Shown one piece after another: positions 15,101 through 15,822 of a DNA stretch of 15,822 nucleotides. The stretch covers positions 76,254 through 92,075 of the IMG/VR virus record IMGVR_UViG_3300028048_000107, one strand, 5' to 3'. Origin of the DNA: a virus (Duplodnaviria > Heunggongvirae > Uroviricota > Caudoviricetes). The position numbers were made by a program, and so were the translations under genes. Every line of letters starts with the position of its first letter. Position 1 is the first letter of the stretch. The notes below the pieces were generated by a model. It had not been told where the DNA came from and ran no database searches. It saw only the letters and a list, made by a program, of their open reading frames with translations.

Positions 15101-15822
15101 TGACTCGCCCATAAGTGAAGCTATAATCCCTCGTGCCATAGCATCATTCATGCCACCAGTTGTAGTAAACAGTCTATATAATATTTCTGTATTTGACATG
15201 CCAGATGTGTTTTCAGCAGTAAGGGGGCCATTTATGGGCTTAACTGCATTATTACTATTAAACATCGTATCCGATGACAATTTTATATCTGCCCATGTAT
15301 CCGCAGATTTCTTAATAAAATCTGCTATTTCCTTTTGTGCTCTTGTAGTCTTTTCTACTGCTCTAGTATACTCCCTTATTTCTCTATTTACAGTATGCAG
15401 TGCTTTTAATTGGTCTGCCTGATTTTCATATGGCGTAGCAAGTATTGCAGCTTTTTCTGCCTGTGCTTCCTCTAATCTTGCTTGTGCTTCTTCTGCCTCT
15501 ATCTGAGCTTTTTGAGTATAATAATCTTTTATAGTCATAAAGCCCTCATCAAAAGCAATTTTATTTTTAGCAAGAGTTTCTTTTAGTTCTGCTATATGGT
15601 CTTTTAATTGTTCTTTTAACCCCTGAATATGCTCCTTCATTGCTTTTTGAGCATCTTTTATTGCTTTTTTACGAGCTTTTTCATCTTCTTTATCTTGAGC
15701 AGTTCCTTTCATTCTTGGAACATCCCTACCTTTAGGAATATCCCTATTTCTCGCTCTATCTATCAAATCAATTACTTTTTTAGTTAATTTTCCAGATTCA
15801 CCCAGATAAGTATCAAATCCAT
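12146..15822 (-). CDS. Tail tape measure protein, C-terminal part (5' end beyond window), with phage-tail-lysozyme-like and M15-like domains
   Basis: Frame stays open from 15766 to the window edge (GFDTYLGESGKLTKKVID). Long helical A/Q/K/E-rich protein; ARGIIASLMGES..GDKGTSYGIAQWH..R (lysozyme-like); HKYGYKID..NHID (M15-like); C-terminal GHAEGGYISGPGTSTSDSIPAMLSNGEFVV, typical of siphovirus tape measures. Confidence 0.88.
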   Translation of the reverse strand, partial: GFDTYLGESGKLTKKVIDLIDRARNRDIPKGRDVPRMKGTAQDKEDEKARKKAIKDAQKAMKEHIQGLKEQLKDHIAELKETLAKNKIAFDEGFMTIKDYYTQKAQIEAEEAQARLEEAQAEKAAILATPYENQADQLKALHTVNREIREYTRAVEKTTRAQKEIADFIKKSADTWADIKLSSDTMFNSNNAVKPINGPLTAENTSGMSNTEILYRLFTTTGGMNDAMARGIIASLMGESTRDLLTNVVGDKGTSYGIAQWHEDRWWTGLEGFASTNNSEISHILTQGNYLLNELWTTEREAWAEVLKYWTEHGQTAEAMTYAFTKYFERPADKEGQGIARQKNLAYVASDLQKAKERPSQVQTIPSQYNKYGIDTRYTDIENTLRPNEIASDLGNLQQYVKDLHNLIAKEYSEATGGKKLSINIATAGNHPSNSSPWGHKYGYKIDYDHTGVDYDVLARIFNKYGVAGVIEGGNHIDASFGKGYVGEGRLLTNSETGTEAFNRYSKGSLASTQLTQPMTTEASHELQEMVKDAQKRLREAIVENESFLFDQYSRQLDALVAQMNEEIAGKNVQMLEPAERDSMIQQIKVRYQRKMTDLIVSATEKTIDYNLNKIEDDFKLMLTEVKVGRLPISAIGGRINNAINYFWNINGDNGGVENGVWGIFTYLERLMTQAQEYLKAGNMQAYQQTMNKVRTLKDKSFEVVNSWVDGINKIFDHAQDLFDTSDKFTSLQREFGDRELKAIQAQQLYSIYSDHEAELRRLRDSAKAVYDTALNAGKINEAKEAYRDLVNIESQLWDTTAAKEKMRLVAEQYPNYLHDLRKTAKQALEDGLVTFLTDGVNEAENLGEALRNLAISFLKEIQQMSAKWMVKSLMNQWFGGWNVDDPNSLSLDTTGQKVAAGITGAGQAIIDALNGVALGIGGSRVNTTGVTIGATYSGTSLPTLTSPIMGQAKTTYQLPELANSQFGIGNQSVTFGGKSFNGSAIDQFNQKLQQTSDISLSGFSNSLDQSTTAATDIAQKLTSTVADTNAPQAQQAMQNLSVSAQTASAEIQAIGSTLTTGLQTAFMQLEIQAKASAQALSSIAFRLGGHAEGGYISGPGTSTSDSIPAMLSNGEFVVRKSMVDRYGRNFMESVNNGTFAMIRPKVRHYASGGLVSELAQEQTARGLSNFGKDVGTNISNTANISVALVRDEQEGMKQLLRSPEGQRIMLDFSRRYASVTSRF

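Noticed and set aside
15150-15422. Plus-strand 90-aa ORF
   Set aside because: Antisense to the tape measure, with no support.
15764-15766. TTG at 15766 as tape-measure start
   Set aside because: The frame is open to the window edge and no RBS is present; the gene starts outside the window.

Overview
AT-rich tailed-phage (probably siphovirus, Firmicutes/Negativicutes-type host) DNA; all credible genes are on the minus strand and read in standard code. The window covers the tail module: the 3' part of a tape-measure gene (open past the right edge) with lysozyme-like and M15-like domains, and, about 7 kb downstream, a 332-aa virion-type protein plus a >=1327-codon ORF (1..3983) that the ORF track missed because it has no stop in the window. 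That ORF carries an N-terminal HExxH...E metallopeptidase resembling flagellinolysin-type domains. The 7-kb insert holds: a Hef-like homing endonuclease; an array of near-identical sigma70/sigmaA promoters, each heading a tiny gene, a hairpin RNA or nothing; a five-gene operon of unknown function rich in Q/N/M low-complexity and 11-residue coiled-coil proteins; and, inside the last gene of that operon, a complete IStron (group IA2 intron fused to an IS605-type tnpB, no tnpA, 5472..7284). The IStron sits exactly after TTGAT, and its removal restores a 148-aa frame. All family assignments come from motif recognition by eye; no database search was run.
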